From assembly GCA_963827235.1 (NCBI GenBank), contig CAWHAE010000010.1:288001-352000 (forward strand): 64,000 nt of DNA. The letters run 5' to 3'. A program made the position numbers and the translations under genes. Positions 1 to 9,300 of the stretch are shown one piece after another (position 1 is the stretch's first letter; each line of letters starts with the position of its first letter). The stretch comes from an uncultured bacterium. GTDB taxonomy: Bacteria > Chloroflexota > UBA5177 > JANWHV01. Under the pieces are notes generated by a model, which saw only the letters and a list, made by a program, of their open reading frames with translations, was not told the origin of the DNA and did not search any database.

Positions 1-2
1 TG

Positions 3-176
3 GACTTGATCCGTGACTTGCAGTCCCAAACGAAGACCACCTTTATCATCGCCACGCACGATCCGGGGGTGGCCGCTGCCGCCGCGCATGTGATCACGGT
101 GGCGGATGGGCAGATCGTCGCCGAGACCTTCGCCGACCAGGTCGACTACGCCACTCAGGGGGAGCGTCCGGTATGA
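3..176 (+). CDS. ABC transporter ATP-binding protein (LolD/MacB-like), C-terminal part only
   Basis: Own translation DLIRDLQSQTKTTFIIATHDPGVAAAAAHVITVADGQIV contains the H-loop (ATHD). The stop overlaps the next start (ATGA at 173-176). The gene is cut by the window edge. Confidence 0.85.
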   Translation, partial: DLIRDLQSQTKTTFIIATHDPGVAAAAAHVITVADGQIVAETFADQVDYATQGERPV

Positions 177-3043
177 AGATTACCCTCTACCTTCGCTATG
201 CCACCCGCTCGCTCTGGCGCGGCGGTAGGCGCACCGGGCTGGCCGTCCTATGTGTGACAGTCGGCGTGATGGCCCTGGTCGCGCTGCAACTGATAGGGCT
301 GATGGCCAACGACGCCCTCACCAGCAACATTCGCGCCGTGAACGGCGGCGATCTTGCCGTCTCACCGGCCGCGGGGAGTTTTACCGCGCCCGACCTGCGC
401 TTCTTCTCCTGTCTGCGCGCAGGCATCGCACCTGCCGAGCGCGCCTCGTGCGCCGCCGCGCACCTCAAGGCGAACGGAGAGATCCTCGAATACACCGCCT
501 CTGCCGGTGGCGGAGCTACCGCCTATCCATCGGATGGGCGAACGGTGCTCGTGGTCTTACAGGTGGTGAACACCAGGAGTGACCCTGTCGCCGGGGCTCC
601 ATACCCGCTGGTGGGCTCGCCGGCCCTCCAGCAGCCACCAGGCGCCGATTTTCAGCGGCTGTTGGCCGCCGGCGCCAACAATGCCATAGTGACCAAGAGC
701 CTGTTCGATGCCGTGGGCGAGCCCCTGGGATCCACCGTGCGGGTGGCCACTGCCGGCAGCGCGGTCTTCAGGGTGACCATCGCCGGGGTATTGGCCAATG
801 AGGGCGCCTACGCGCTGGGTACTCCCCAGATGGTGATCCCGCGCACTCTCCTCCGTGCGGTAGCGCCTGATCAGGCAGGCCTGTACAACACGGTCAATCT
901 GACCACCAGCAACTCGGCGCGTACCAACCAGGTGCAAACCGATGTGCAGGCGCATTTCCCCCTGGTCACCCTGACTACCACCGAGTCCCTCTTGCAGCAA
1001 AGCAAGCAGCAGGTGGATTACGTCCGCAAGTTCCTACAAATCGTCGGCTTGATGGCCTTGTTGATCGGCGGTGTGGGCATTGCCAACACGATGCAGGTGC
1101 TGTTGCGCCGCCGCCGCATCGAGATTGCGATGCTGAAGACCACCGGCTATCGGCGTCGTGATTTGTATGTGCTCTTTGGCCTGGAGGCTGGGTTGCTGGG
1201 GCTGGTAGGCGGTGTGCTGGGGGCGAGTGCCGCCGTGGGCCTGGGTCTCGGCCTCAAGAGCCTGGCCGAGGCGGCGCTGAGCCTTTCCCTCCCCTTTGCG
1301 CTTGACTGGCCCACCGTCGGGTCAGGCGTGCTGATCGGCGTGGTGACGGCCCTGGTTTTTGGCCTCCTCCCGATTGTCAGGGCCACCGCCGTCCGCCCGC
1401 AAACCGTCCTCCGAGAGATCGAGGAGCGGCGTGGCTGGCGCAGCCGAATTGTGACTGCCGGCTTGCTGTGCCTGCTCTGCTTTGTGTTCTTCCTCGTAGC
1501 TACCGCGATCATGGGGGATCTGATCTGGAGTGCCGGTGTGGTTCTTGGCGGCGCGTTCCTGGTGGGAGTACTCAGTCTCGCGTTTACCGGCATCGTCTGG
1601 TTGCTCAGCGCCCTCCCCGTCCCCGAACGGGCGACGCCCAGCTATCTGCTGCTGGTGACCGTGGCGGTGGCGGCCACCGTGGCCCTAACCGTGGCCTCAC
1701 CGGCCTTCGGCCTCCTGGCGCTCCTGGGTGCCCTGCTTGGCTATGCACAACTGTTCTTTCCGCGTCGCTGGAAGGCCATGGTGAAGTTGTGTTTGCGCAA
1801 CATCGGACGGCAGCGAAATCGTACCGTGGCAACTCTTCTGGCGCTCTTTGTGGGCGTCTTCTCGGTCAGTTCGGTCCTGGTCCTGGGTCAGGGCATCAGC
1901 GACAAGCTCCAGAACGGCATTGCCAACAGTGTGCCCTACAATATGATTGCCAGGGTACCGACAGACCAGCAGGCCGCAATCGACGCGGCACTGGTCACCC
2001 TGCCGGGATTGGTCCATGTGGGGGCCGACCAGCCACTGGTGGTCAATACTGCCTACCAACTGACGCCCGTATGCGTCGGCAATAAGCCGATCAGCGCCTT
2101 CATCACCCCTGGGTCCAGCACCAACGCACTGGGCCAACTGAGCAGTGTGCAAGGCTACGATCTGGCGCGCTATCCCGGTGGGGTGCCCAACGTGAGCATG
2201 GCCTCCGGCAATGCTGCCGGCCGGATGCTGACCGTCGCAGACGCCGGCACCACGGCCGTTCTGGCTCGAAGCAGCTTGCGGAACGCTCCCTTCCATCTCC
2301 GGGTAGGCAGCACAGTCACGCTGTTCAACGCACTCGGCGCTGGTCCTGGGGCCAGCGGTGCGGGCAGTGTCGCTTGCGGCACCCTCGGCCAGGGTCGTGG
2401 GCACCAGGGTGTCACCACCGTCACCATCGCCGGCTTCTATAGCCAGCCGTTCCTGACTCTCGACCTGGTCGGGCTCTATGGGAGCGATCGGTTGGTGCGC
2501 GCGATCGGCGGGCGCCAGACCGAGATCACCTGCTATCTCAAGGTGGGCAGCAACCAGACGGGCACCGCGGTACGGCTCCTGGGACTCGCCGCGCCAAAGG
2601 CGTACATTATCAACACATCGGACTTAGCGGTGACAATCAACCAGCTTCTGAGCAAAGTGGTTACGGCGTTGACCGCTGTGGCCGGGCTCACGCTCTTGGC
2701 CGGGATCCTCATTATCGCCAACGCCGTTGCCCTGGCCATGTTGGAGCGGCGACGCGAGGTTGGCATTCTCAAGTCGGTGGGCTATACCAGCCGCACCGTC
2801 CTGGGGCAAGTCCTGGTAGAGAACTGCTTGATCGGCGCTCTGGGCGGCTTCCTGGCGATGGCTCTGGTGACCGCGCTGATTTTCGTGCTCAGCAGGGCAG
2901 TCTTCCAGACGAGCTTGGAGGTGGGGATTCCGATCACCTTCCTGGTGATCCTGGGGACGATGGCGCTGGCGATGACCATCGCCGGGCTGGTCGCCTGGCG
3001 CGCCGTTCGGGTGCGCCCGGTGGAGGTGCTGCGCTATGAGTGA
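173..3043 (+). CDS. FtsX/MacB-family ABC transporter permease (two FtsX domains)
   Basis: 956 aa. Two repeats of the motif RRRIEIAMLKTTGY / ERRREVGILKSVGY, multiple TM segments and large extracytoplasmic loops. Confidence 0.92.
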   Translation: MKITLYLRYATRSLWRGGRRTGLAVLCVTVGVMALVALQLIGLMANDALTSNIRAVNGGDLAVSPAAGSFTAPDLRFFSCLRAGIAPAERASCAAAHLKANGEILEYTASAGGGATAYPSDGRTVLVVLQVVNTRSDPVAGAPYPLVGSPALQQPPGADFQRLLAAGANNAIVTKSLFDAVGEPLGSTVRVATAGSAVFRVTIAGVLANEGAYALGTPQMVIPRTLLRAVAPDQAGLYNTVNLTTSNSARTNQVQTDVQAHFPLVTLTTTESLLQQSKQQVDYVRKFLQIVGLMALLIGGVGIANTMQVLLRRRRIEIAMLKTTGYRRRDLYVLFGLEAGLLGLVGGVLGASAAVGLGLGLKSLAEAALSLSLPFALDWPTVGSGVLIGVVTALVFGLLPIVRATAVRPQTVLREIEERRGWRSRIVTAGLLCLLCFVFFLVATAIMGDLIWSAGVVLGGAFLVGVLSLAFTGIVWLLSALPVPERATPSYLLLVTVAVAATVALTVASPAFGLLALLGALLGYAQLFFPRRWKAMVKLCLRNIGRQRNRTVATLLALFVGVFSVSSVLVLGQGISDKLQNGIANSVPYNMIARVPTDQQAAIDAALVTLPGLVHVGADQPLVVNTAYQLTPVCVGNKPISAFITPGSSTNALGQLSSVQGYDLARYPGGVPNVSMASGNAAGRMLTVADAGTTAVLARSSLRNAPFHLRVGSTVTLFNALGAGPGASGAGSVACGTLGQGRGHQGVTTVTIAGFYSQPFLTLDLVGLYGSDRLVRAIGGRQTEITCYLKVGSNQTGTAVRLLGLAAPKAYIINTSDLAVTINQLLSKVVTALTAVAGLTLLAGILIIANAVALAMLERRREVGILKSVGYTSRTVLGQVLVENCLIGALGGFLAMALVTALIFVLSRAVFQTSLEVGIPITFLVILGTMALAMTIAGLVAWRAVRVRPVEVLRYE

Positions 3044-3769
3044 CCGGACACCAGCCGCCATCGGCCGCACGAGCAGAGCGCTGCCTGGGTGGTGGCTGGC
3101 TCTGAGGGCGGTCCGGCGAATCCTGAGATAGGGACCGGTCGACCGCCGCACTTCTGCGATGCCGTCTGCCGCGCAGCAGCCCGCCGTGTCCAGCGCCAGA
3201 CTAATGCCCAACAGCACGGCGCTGCCCGGGCCCGCCGGTGTCGTTTCGCGCATCCGGAGGGCGTGGCTCGTCAGCGTGAGCAACGCAGGCAGCGCGAAGC
3301 AGCCTGGCGCGCCCTGCTTACCCGCGAACGAGACGAGTGACGTGCGGCCGCTTTTTCATTACTCTGGGTGCAAGTCTCAGAATCTGCAGTGCGCTCAACC
3401 CGACGACGGCTCGGGCCGGCACAGGGCAAGCAGTGATGGTCCGTACATTATGAAGATGCGACAGCACGCAAAGCTCTGCGAGAGGAGCGCAGCATAAGCC
3501 GCTCCGGGCTTCACTCTTGACCAACCCTTTTGCAGTTGCACACTTTATGCGGGTCTGCACTGTAGTGGTCGACGTAGCCTGCGCCAGGCAGCAGCGCGGA
3601 GCTGGCGATCGGATCGGGAGCGCAGCCCGCTCGGCGATTCGAGGAGGTGGAGTTCGCCGATTTGCCTTCGCCGTGGAGATCTTGCGCCTGGGTGCGCAAT
3701 ACGATCGGAGTGAGGAGTCGGCGGCGATTGTCGCCTCAGGGCTTGACCCGCGAGATGCGCCGGACTCCA

Positions 3770-4043
3770 GGCGATGCCGGCCCTCCTGCTGCACCCGCGA
3801 CAGGCCGCCGCGGCCAATCAGGTCGCCGGTCAGGCGGTCGTACGCCGTCCACGTATGGACGCCGTCAGTCACCCACCGCCCGGCCATACGATCCGCTTCG
3901 CCTCCGGGCTTCTCCAGGGTCCAGACGCCGAACCACGCGGCAACCGCCGGGTCCTGAAAGAGCCGCCACACGCTCTCGGCGTGCCGTGGACCGACGGGCT
4001 CCAGCCGAAGACGCGAAGTGAAGCGCACACGCGCCGGATCCAT
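3770..4043 (-). pseudogene. GNAT (RimJ/RimL-type) acetyltransferase, N-terminal fragment
   Basis: FTSRLRLEPVGPRHAESVWRLFQDPAVAAWF...GDLIGRGGL resembles the family N-terminus. Similarity is lost after about 90 aa and there is no acetyl-CoA motif. The lower boundary is approximate. Confidence 0.6.
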
Positions 4044-4104
4044 GGGCACAATCTCTCCAGGCAATGGGGTGTCGTCAGCCCGGTGCCTGCGTACCTACGA
4101 AGAT

Positions 4105-4285
4105 ACCAGAGGCCGCATCAGGGCCAGTACGAGTTGCGAGAACTTCTCCCGTATTCGCCCGCGCGCGAACTGGACTCTGATCGCCGGGTCGACTGTGCCG
4201 TCGATCAGAGCAGCCGGCGTGTCGCGGGCGGAGACGTCCGTGATGTCGCTCGCCATGCTGCTGTCTACTATGTTCACGATTTGAG
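4105..4285 (-). mobile_element. IS110-family transposase internal remnant
   Basis: NIVDSSMASDITDVSARDTPAALIDGTVDPAIRVQFARGRIREKFSQLVLAL resembles the IS110 segment NIKLSSVASDxxGVSARAMLxALIxGxxDPxxLAxLAKGRLRxKxxxLxxAL. No start codon or catalytic domains. Confidence 0.65.
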
Positions 4286-4758
4286 GTAACGGCGCTCTGG
4301 TCGCACGGAGCGGACGTTGGGCTTTTCGCCGAGCCCGCCGCGCATCGAGCGGACTCACGTATGAAGATGCAACCTCACGTTCGCCGTCGTGGGGCGATGG
4401 CCTCGTGAGGTGACGGGTGATCTGGCTGGCCCGACTAGTCGTGCCTGGGCGCAAGGACTTCGGGTTGGGTCATACACTGGACCGAGTTTCAACGTAGAGC
4501 GTGCCCGCCTGCAGGCATGCAGCGTGGCCCACGCCTCTATCGTCGACAGCGCACCTAGCAAGAGGTGGCGAACAGTTGAGCACACGTGGAACCGTGGCGC
4601 AGAGATGCCAAGCGCGCCTGGTAGAGTGCACGCCGCGCACCTAGTCCTCCCGCGGCCACAGAGTGGTATGACGGGGAAAACGTCGGGCTAATTGTCAGTG
4701 TAGAATTGTGTGTGTCCGAGCATCGTATTGATTTCTACAGAAGCAGAAGGGGCTGCAC

Positions 4759-5295
4759 ATGGCCGTCAATGCGTATCTCAACTTTACTCTATATGATGGC
4801 ACCACTCTCACGTCTGAATCGCAGAACACGGTACACCCAGGATGGTCCGAGGTTGCCGACTTCAGCTTTGACATCGAGCAGGTCCTCAATATAGGGTCGG
4901 CCAGTGCGGGCGCGGGTGCGGGGAAGGTCACGTTCAACCCGTTCTCGATCACGAGAAAAGTGGATATCAACTCCCCAATTCTCTTTGAGATGTGCTGCTC
5001 CGGTACACCCTTCAAGTCCGTTGACCTGGCTCTCCGCAGGGCTACCGGCGCCTCCGGTACCCCGAGCGCCACGCAGGATTATCTGGTCTTCTCGTTCAAG
5101 TTGGTCGCCGTGCGCACGATCAGCTGGGCCCAGGGAGATGAAGGGCCCGGTGAGGTTATCACGTTTGAGTATGGCGGATTGGATATCTCCTATTACAAGC
5201 AAAATGCCGATGGGAGTTATGTTGCCAAGCCGGCGTTCGCAGGCTGGAACCGGGTGAAGAATCTTGCGGACACGGCGACTGCGGTCATCCAATGA
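4759..5295 (+). CDS. hcp: Type VI secretion tube protein Hcp (TssD) family, orphan
   Basis: 178 aa with Hcp hallmarks: AYL...ESQNTVHPGWSEV..FSF, GAGAGKVTFNPFSITRKVDINSPILFEMCCSG, EVITFEYGGLDISYYKQNADG, AGWNRVKN. RBS-like AGAAGGGG upstream. Confidence 0.93.
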   Translation: MAVNAYLNFTLYDGTTLTSESQNTVHPGWSEVADFSFDIEQVLNIGSASAGAGAGKVTFNPFSITRKVDINSPILFEMCCSGTPFKSVDLALRRATGASGTPSATQDYLVFSFKLVAVRTISWAQGDEGPGEVITFEYGGLDISYYKQNADGSYVAKPAFAGWNRVKNLADTATAVIQ

Positions 5296-5831
5296 CAGAC
5301 GGGGAGAATCAGAGTATGAGCATGCTCGAAGAGACCGTAGCCGCGTTGCAGCGCCGGGTAGAGGCGCTCGAGATGGAGAATACCGGACTGCGCCGGCACG
5401 TGCAGGGTCGTGCGCTTGCCGATCAGCCGACGAGCCGCCGCCGCCTGTTGTTCGGCAGTGCGGGGCTGCTTGGGGCGTTGGCCGGAGGCTCGCTGTTGGC
5501 GCACACTTCGGTCGCATCCGCCGCATCCGACCCGCAGGTCGAGGACCGGCAAGTAGCCACCCTTCGCATCTCTCCGACGGTCATGCGCAGTAAAGGCGTG
5601 TACTGGGCTGAACATGCGTGGCACCTGGGACCCCAGTTCAAGGGCGATCGCGCGCCGCTGGTTATTGCCACGGCGACAGACGACTACATGCACCGCGATG
5701 TGACCGTGCAGTGTTCCTGCTCGGTACGCGTTGAGGGGACGCCCGGTGACTATGTTGCGGTCCTGATGGTTCGCGGGATTAGCAGCCACGCACGGAGTGT
5801 CGACGTTCAGGCCGTCGCATTTGGCGACTGA
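5292..5831 (+). CDS. Hypothetical protein: coiled coil + twin-arginine signal + small beta-rich domain
   Basis: ATGA overlap with hcp (alternative start 5316). Coiled coil LEETVAALQRRVEALEMENTGL, then TSRRRLLFGSAGLLGALAGG...ASA (Tat-like). Confidence 0.75.
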   Translation: MTDGENQSMSMLEETVAALQRRVEALEMENTGLRRHVQGRALADQPTSRRRLLFGSAGLLGALAGGSLLAHTSVASAASDPQVEDRQVATLRISPTVMRSKGVYWAEHAWHLGPQFKGDRAPLVIATATDDYMHRDVTVQCSCSVRVEGTPGDYVAVLMVRGISSHARSVDVQAVAFGD

Positions 5832-5839
5832 ATGAGCCG

Positions 5840-5883
5840 GGTGGGCCGTCCCATCGCCTCCAAAGGCGATGGGACGGCCCACC
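5840..5883 (+). terminator. Strong hairpin, probable terminator closing the hcp operon
   Basis: Perfect 20-bp stem GGTGGGCCGTCCCATCGCCT-ccaa-AGGCGATGGGACGGCCCACC, 8 bp after the stop codon, with only a weak T tail. Confidence 0.75.
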
Positions 5884-6071
5884 TATTGGCCAATCCGAAG
5901 AGCATTGTGGCAGTGGATGTCGGCACTGCACGCAGGATATCTTGACTCTCGGTGCCGGCCACGAGATTGAGAATGCCATTCAGCTGGTCTTGCCCTCGCC
6001 CACTTTATTGGTTGGCCGCCATATAGAGGCAACAAGCCGCTAGCGTGCGTACTGCAGTACGATTGTGGCAA

Positions 6072-7178
6072 ATGCGGAACGCTCTCCACGCCATCGCACT
6101 CATATGGCTCACCTGGGCGCTGGCCGCGGCGCTCCTACCGTTGCACGCCGGCGCGGCTACCAGTGCCGCCTGGCTTACGACGGCGTACGAGGGGTCCGCG
6201 GCAGGGAGCGTCCAGGGCACGCGGCGCCCGGCTGTGCCGAGCTACAGCCTGTCCTATCCGCCGGAGTGGGCTCTCCAGCGGTGGCCCGACACGCTGGCAA
6301 CATTCGGCCAGCTTTCGCTGTGGTCGCCGTCTGGTAGTGTCGTCGACCTCGTGATCGTCCCTCTCAGACCGGGCGGACCGACGCTCCACGACGTGATCGA
6401 CCACGATGCCGCGTTTCTGCACGGCACCACGCGCGAGCCGGTAGCACTTCCTCTCGGCCGCGGCACGCGGCTGACGGGGGTGCCGGCTTCTGCCGGCATG
6501 GTTGAGACTGTGCTCTACGTGCGGCACATGGGCTTCGTGTACCGCATCAACGCCGACACGACGGCCGGCGGCCTACCGGACAGGACACTGGATGTGCTTG
6601 CCGCCGGCATCCACGTGCCCGCCAACGCCGCAGTGTCACCCGCGCGACCACCTTCGCATCTTCCGCCGACGGGATCGTGCTGCCATTGCCCCGCGTGGGG
6701 GTACGGATGGGGGCGCGTCCTCACCAGCCTGGATGGCGTACAGGTCTACTCCAACGCCGGTGACGTCGACAACGGTTGCACGAGCACCTACGGCATCTCG
6801 TATCAGTGCGTGGAGCTGGTTCAACGCTATTTCTCCATCCGGTGGGGCTACCCCGCCATCTGGCAGGGCGTGGCTGCGGCTGCCGACATGCGAACGCACC
6901 ATCCGGCGGGTGTCATCTTCGTGCCGAACGGCGGCTCGCCGGCACCCCGACGAGGCGACTCCGTGCTGTTTTACGGCGGCGGATTCGGGCACGTCGCGTT
7001 AGTGTCTGCGGTCGACAGGAAGGCCGGAATCGTACGTCTGGTTGAGGAGAACTGGTCGCCTACCGGCACCGCCAGCCTGACAGTGTACCCTGACGGGACT
7101 GCCGGCATCCGTGACAGCGCCTTCGGGTCCTATATAGTTGCCGGCTGGCTCCACAGTGTGAAGAACAGGGCGCCGTGA
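6072..7178 (+). CDS. Secreted CHAP-domain amidase/peptidase with an N-terminal PsbP-like domain
   Basis: Signal peptide; YSLSYPPEW motif in the N-domain. CHAP catalytic motifs YQCVELVQRY, GHVALV and EENW. Confidence 0.82.
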   Translation: MRNALHAIALIWLTWALAAALLPLHAGAATSAAWLTTAYEGSAAGSVQGTRRPAVPSYSLSYPPEWALQRWPDTLATFGQLSLWSPSGSVVDLVIVPLRPGGPTLHDVIDHDAAFLHGTTREPVALPLGRGTRLTGVPASAGMVETVLYVRHMGFVYRINADTTAGGLPDRTLDVLAAGIHVPANAAVSPARPPSHLPPTGSCCHCPAWGYGWGRVLTSLDGVQVYSNAGDVDNGCTSTYGISYQCVELVQRYFSIRWGYPAIWQGVAAAADMRTHHPAGVIFVPNGGSPAPRRGDSVLFYGGGFGHVALVSAVDRKAGIVRLVEENWSPTGTASLTVYPDGTAGIRDSAFGSYIVAGWLHSVKNRAP

Positions 7179-7404
7179 TGTACCTGCCGGGGGCGCATCG
7201 CCCGGTGCGTCACGGGCGGTTCTGCGGCTGGCCCTCCTGCGCACAGAGCTCGAGGCGCTGGGGAGCCCTGCGGATGGTCAGAACGACGCCGCAGCGGTCA
7301 CCAGCCAGAGCAGCACGCCACGTTCATGATGATTCCCTGCATTCCGCCGACTGGTGAATTGGGTGCGCCGACTCGCGCTCGCCGTCAGCAGCGACGGCTG
7401 GGCA

Positions 7405-7710
7405 CTCGCTACTGACCCTGCTCGATCCCGACGTCGTGCTGCGGGCCGACCGCACCGTCGCGGCGCGACCGCGGGCGCAGCTGGCCCGTGAGGTTCGCGG
7501 TGCGACGGCCGTCGCCCAAGCCTTCTCCGGGCGGGCCCAGGGCGTGCAACCCGCCCTGGTCGACGGCGCTGTAGGAGCCGTCTGGACGGTGGGCGGCACG
7601 CCGCGCGGTGTCTTCGAATTCCTGAGTATCTCGGGGAAAATCGTCGCCATCGACGTGCTCGCCGACGCCGCCTTGCTGCAGGAGCTTGACGTGCAGATTC
7701 TCCAGGATGA
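7405..7710 (+). pseudogene. ECF41/SigJ-type sigma factor, C-terminal SnoaL-like fragment
   Basis: LLTLLDPDVVLRAD...EVRGATAVAQAFSGRAQGVQPALVDGAVGAVW...GKIVAIDVLAD is typical of the SigJ C-terminal extension. Sigma regions 2 and 4 are absent. Confidence 0.7.
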
Positions 7711-7788
7711 GCCAACGGGTAGACGACGCTGTTCTCGGGTGTTGCTGGGGCGGCCGGGGTGCTCCCCAAGTCGCTGGACCTGACGTCG

Positions 7789-8658
7789 TCACTCGTGCTT
7801 GCGTGAGATCGTTTCCTCGCCCGCCAGCTCGACCACCAGGCGGCCGTCGCGCTCCACCCATACCCCGCACAAGCCGCCAGCCCCACTTTCTCCCAGTGCC
7901 AGCGGCGTGCCGTCCATATGCAGTGCCGGGTGGTAGAAGCGTGCCACCTGCTCAGCCGCACCGTCAATGTAGTGGCCGATGAGCGCGCGGCGGAACCGGT
8001 CGCGCGTCGTGTTGGGGAAGCTGCCATGCACGAGCGCGCCGTGGAAGAACAGCACGTCACCGGGTGCCATGGACACTGGGCGCACGTCGGCGTCGCGCGG
8101 GAGGGGCACCGTGATGTCGGTAAAGCTCAGTGCGGTGTCCGCCTGCTGGGTGCAGAGAATCGGCCAGTGCTGACTGCCCGGGACCACCTGCAGGCAGCCG
8201 TTGGCCTCGTCGCACGGGTCGAGGGCCATCCAGGCAGCCATGCACGTGCCCGGCTGGGCACGCAGGTAGAAGTTGTCCTGATGCAGCGCCTGGCCGCGCG
8301 ACCCTGCCGGCTTGAAGTAGAGCATGGTCTGCACGGCGTAGGGCTCGCGCCCGATCAGCGTGGTGAGCCAGGCGTTGAGACGGGCATCCAGCAACCAGCG
8401 CAGCGAGACGTCGTCCCAGCGGTGCATGTGGATCATCCGCGGATAGCGCTTGAGCGGGTCAGCGCTCTGCGCGTCCACGCCCGCGAAGTCGCCCTCGTAG
8501 CGGCCGCGACGGCGCAGCGTCATATAGTGCTCGCGCAAGCGCTCGACTTCATCGGGGCCGAACAGCTCATGTGCCACCACGAAGCCGTGCTCTGCATAGT
8601 AGAATCTCGCGTCCCCTGGCACGTGCGCCTCAGCCCCATTAGTCCGTGTCGTCGTCAT
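7789..8658 (-). CDS. Phytanoyl-CoA dioxygenase (PhyH) family Fe(II)/2OG dioxygenase
   Basis: Metal motif LHQDNFY, NGCLQVVPGS, GDVLFFHGALVHGS, RRAL. Confidence 0.92.
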   Translation of the reverse strand: MTTTRTNGAEAHVPGDARFYYAEHGFVVAHELFGPDEVERLREHYMTLRRRGRYEGDFAGVDAQSADPLKRYPRMIHMHRWDDVSLRWLLDARLNAWLTTLIGREPYAVQTMLYFKPAGSRGQALHQDNFYLRAQPGTCMAAWMALDPCDEANGCLQVVPGSQHWPILCTQQADTALSFTDITVPLPRDADVRPVSMAPGDVLFFHGALVHGSFPNTTRDRFRRALIGHYIDGAAEQVARFYHPALHMDGTPLALGESGAGGLCGVWVERDGRLVVELAGEETISRKHE

Positions 8659-9300
8659 ACGCCCCACTCCGCCTGTCCGCTAGTTGTATCAGTTGTCCGG
8701 CAGCCGCGTACGCAGTCGCTCTGCACCGCCGGCCATGCGCCAGCTCTCTCCCGAGCGCCGCACGGTCGCAGTCCCGGTTCGAGCGCTTTCGTCGGCAGCT
8801 GCATGGTGCTCGACCGGGCACGGCGGCCCGCGTGCCGCATGGCCATACATTGAGCATACGCCGGATCTGCGACGCAGCCAGCCGGCGAAAACTCTCGGGA
8901 TGGGACCAGTCGGCAGGCATGCCGTGGACGCTTGGCGATCACTGCCGAGACGACAGGTCACGGAGCGCTCCTTGGGCCGGGCGGGCCGGTAAGATATGAT
9001 CGCAGACCGTAGCCGTCTCGCGGCACCAGCGAACGACGAGGGCGAAGACACAGGGCGCCCTGAAAGCAGCGGGAGGGCAGCGCCTGAGCTGGCGGGCAGA
9101 AGCCGCCGGGAGGCAATGCCCGGCGCATCTGTCCGTGATGCGGCGTGGCGTCAAGGGGAAGCGGCGAAGGCGGCTTGGCATGACGCGAGACAGAGTTCGG
9201 AGACTCCTGCTGCTGGTGCGGCACCGCCAGACATGTCTCGCGCTCAGGCCCCAGGAGCCGCAGCTGACACTGCTTTGAGAGAGTGGGAGGAAACGCTGTC

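Noticed and set aside
3415-3510. c-di-GMP-I riboswitch (GCACAGGGCAA...ACGCAAAGC resembles the motif)
   Set aside because: No GNRA-capped stem between the two segments, no matching second hairpin and no downstream gene on that strand. An Infernal search would be decisive.
4759-7178. Complete T6SS, eCIS or prophage tail locus
   Set aside because: No sheath, spike, baseplate, terminase or capsid genes anywhere in the window.
8690-9290. Riboswitch or small gene between the PhyH and URO-D genes
   Set aside because: Only isolated short matches to glycine/cobalamin riboswitch words were seen, and the ORFs have no recognisable motifs.
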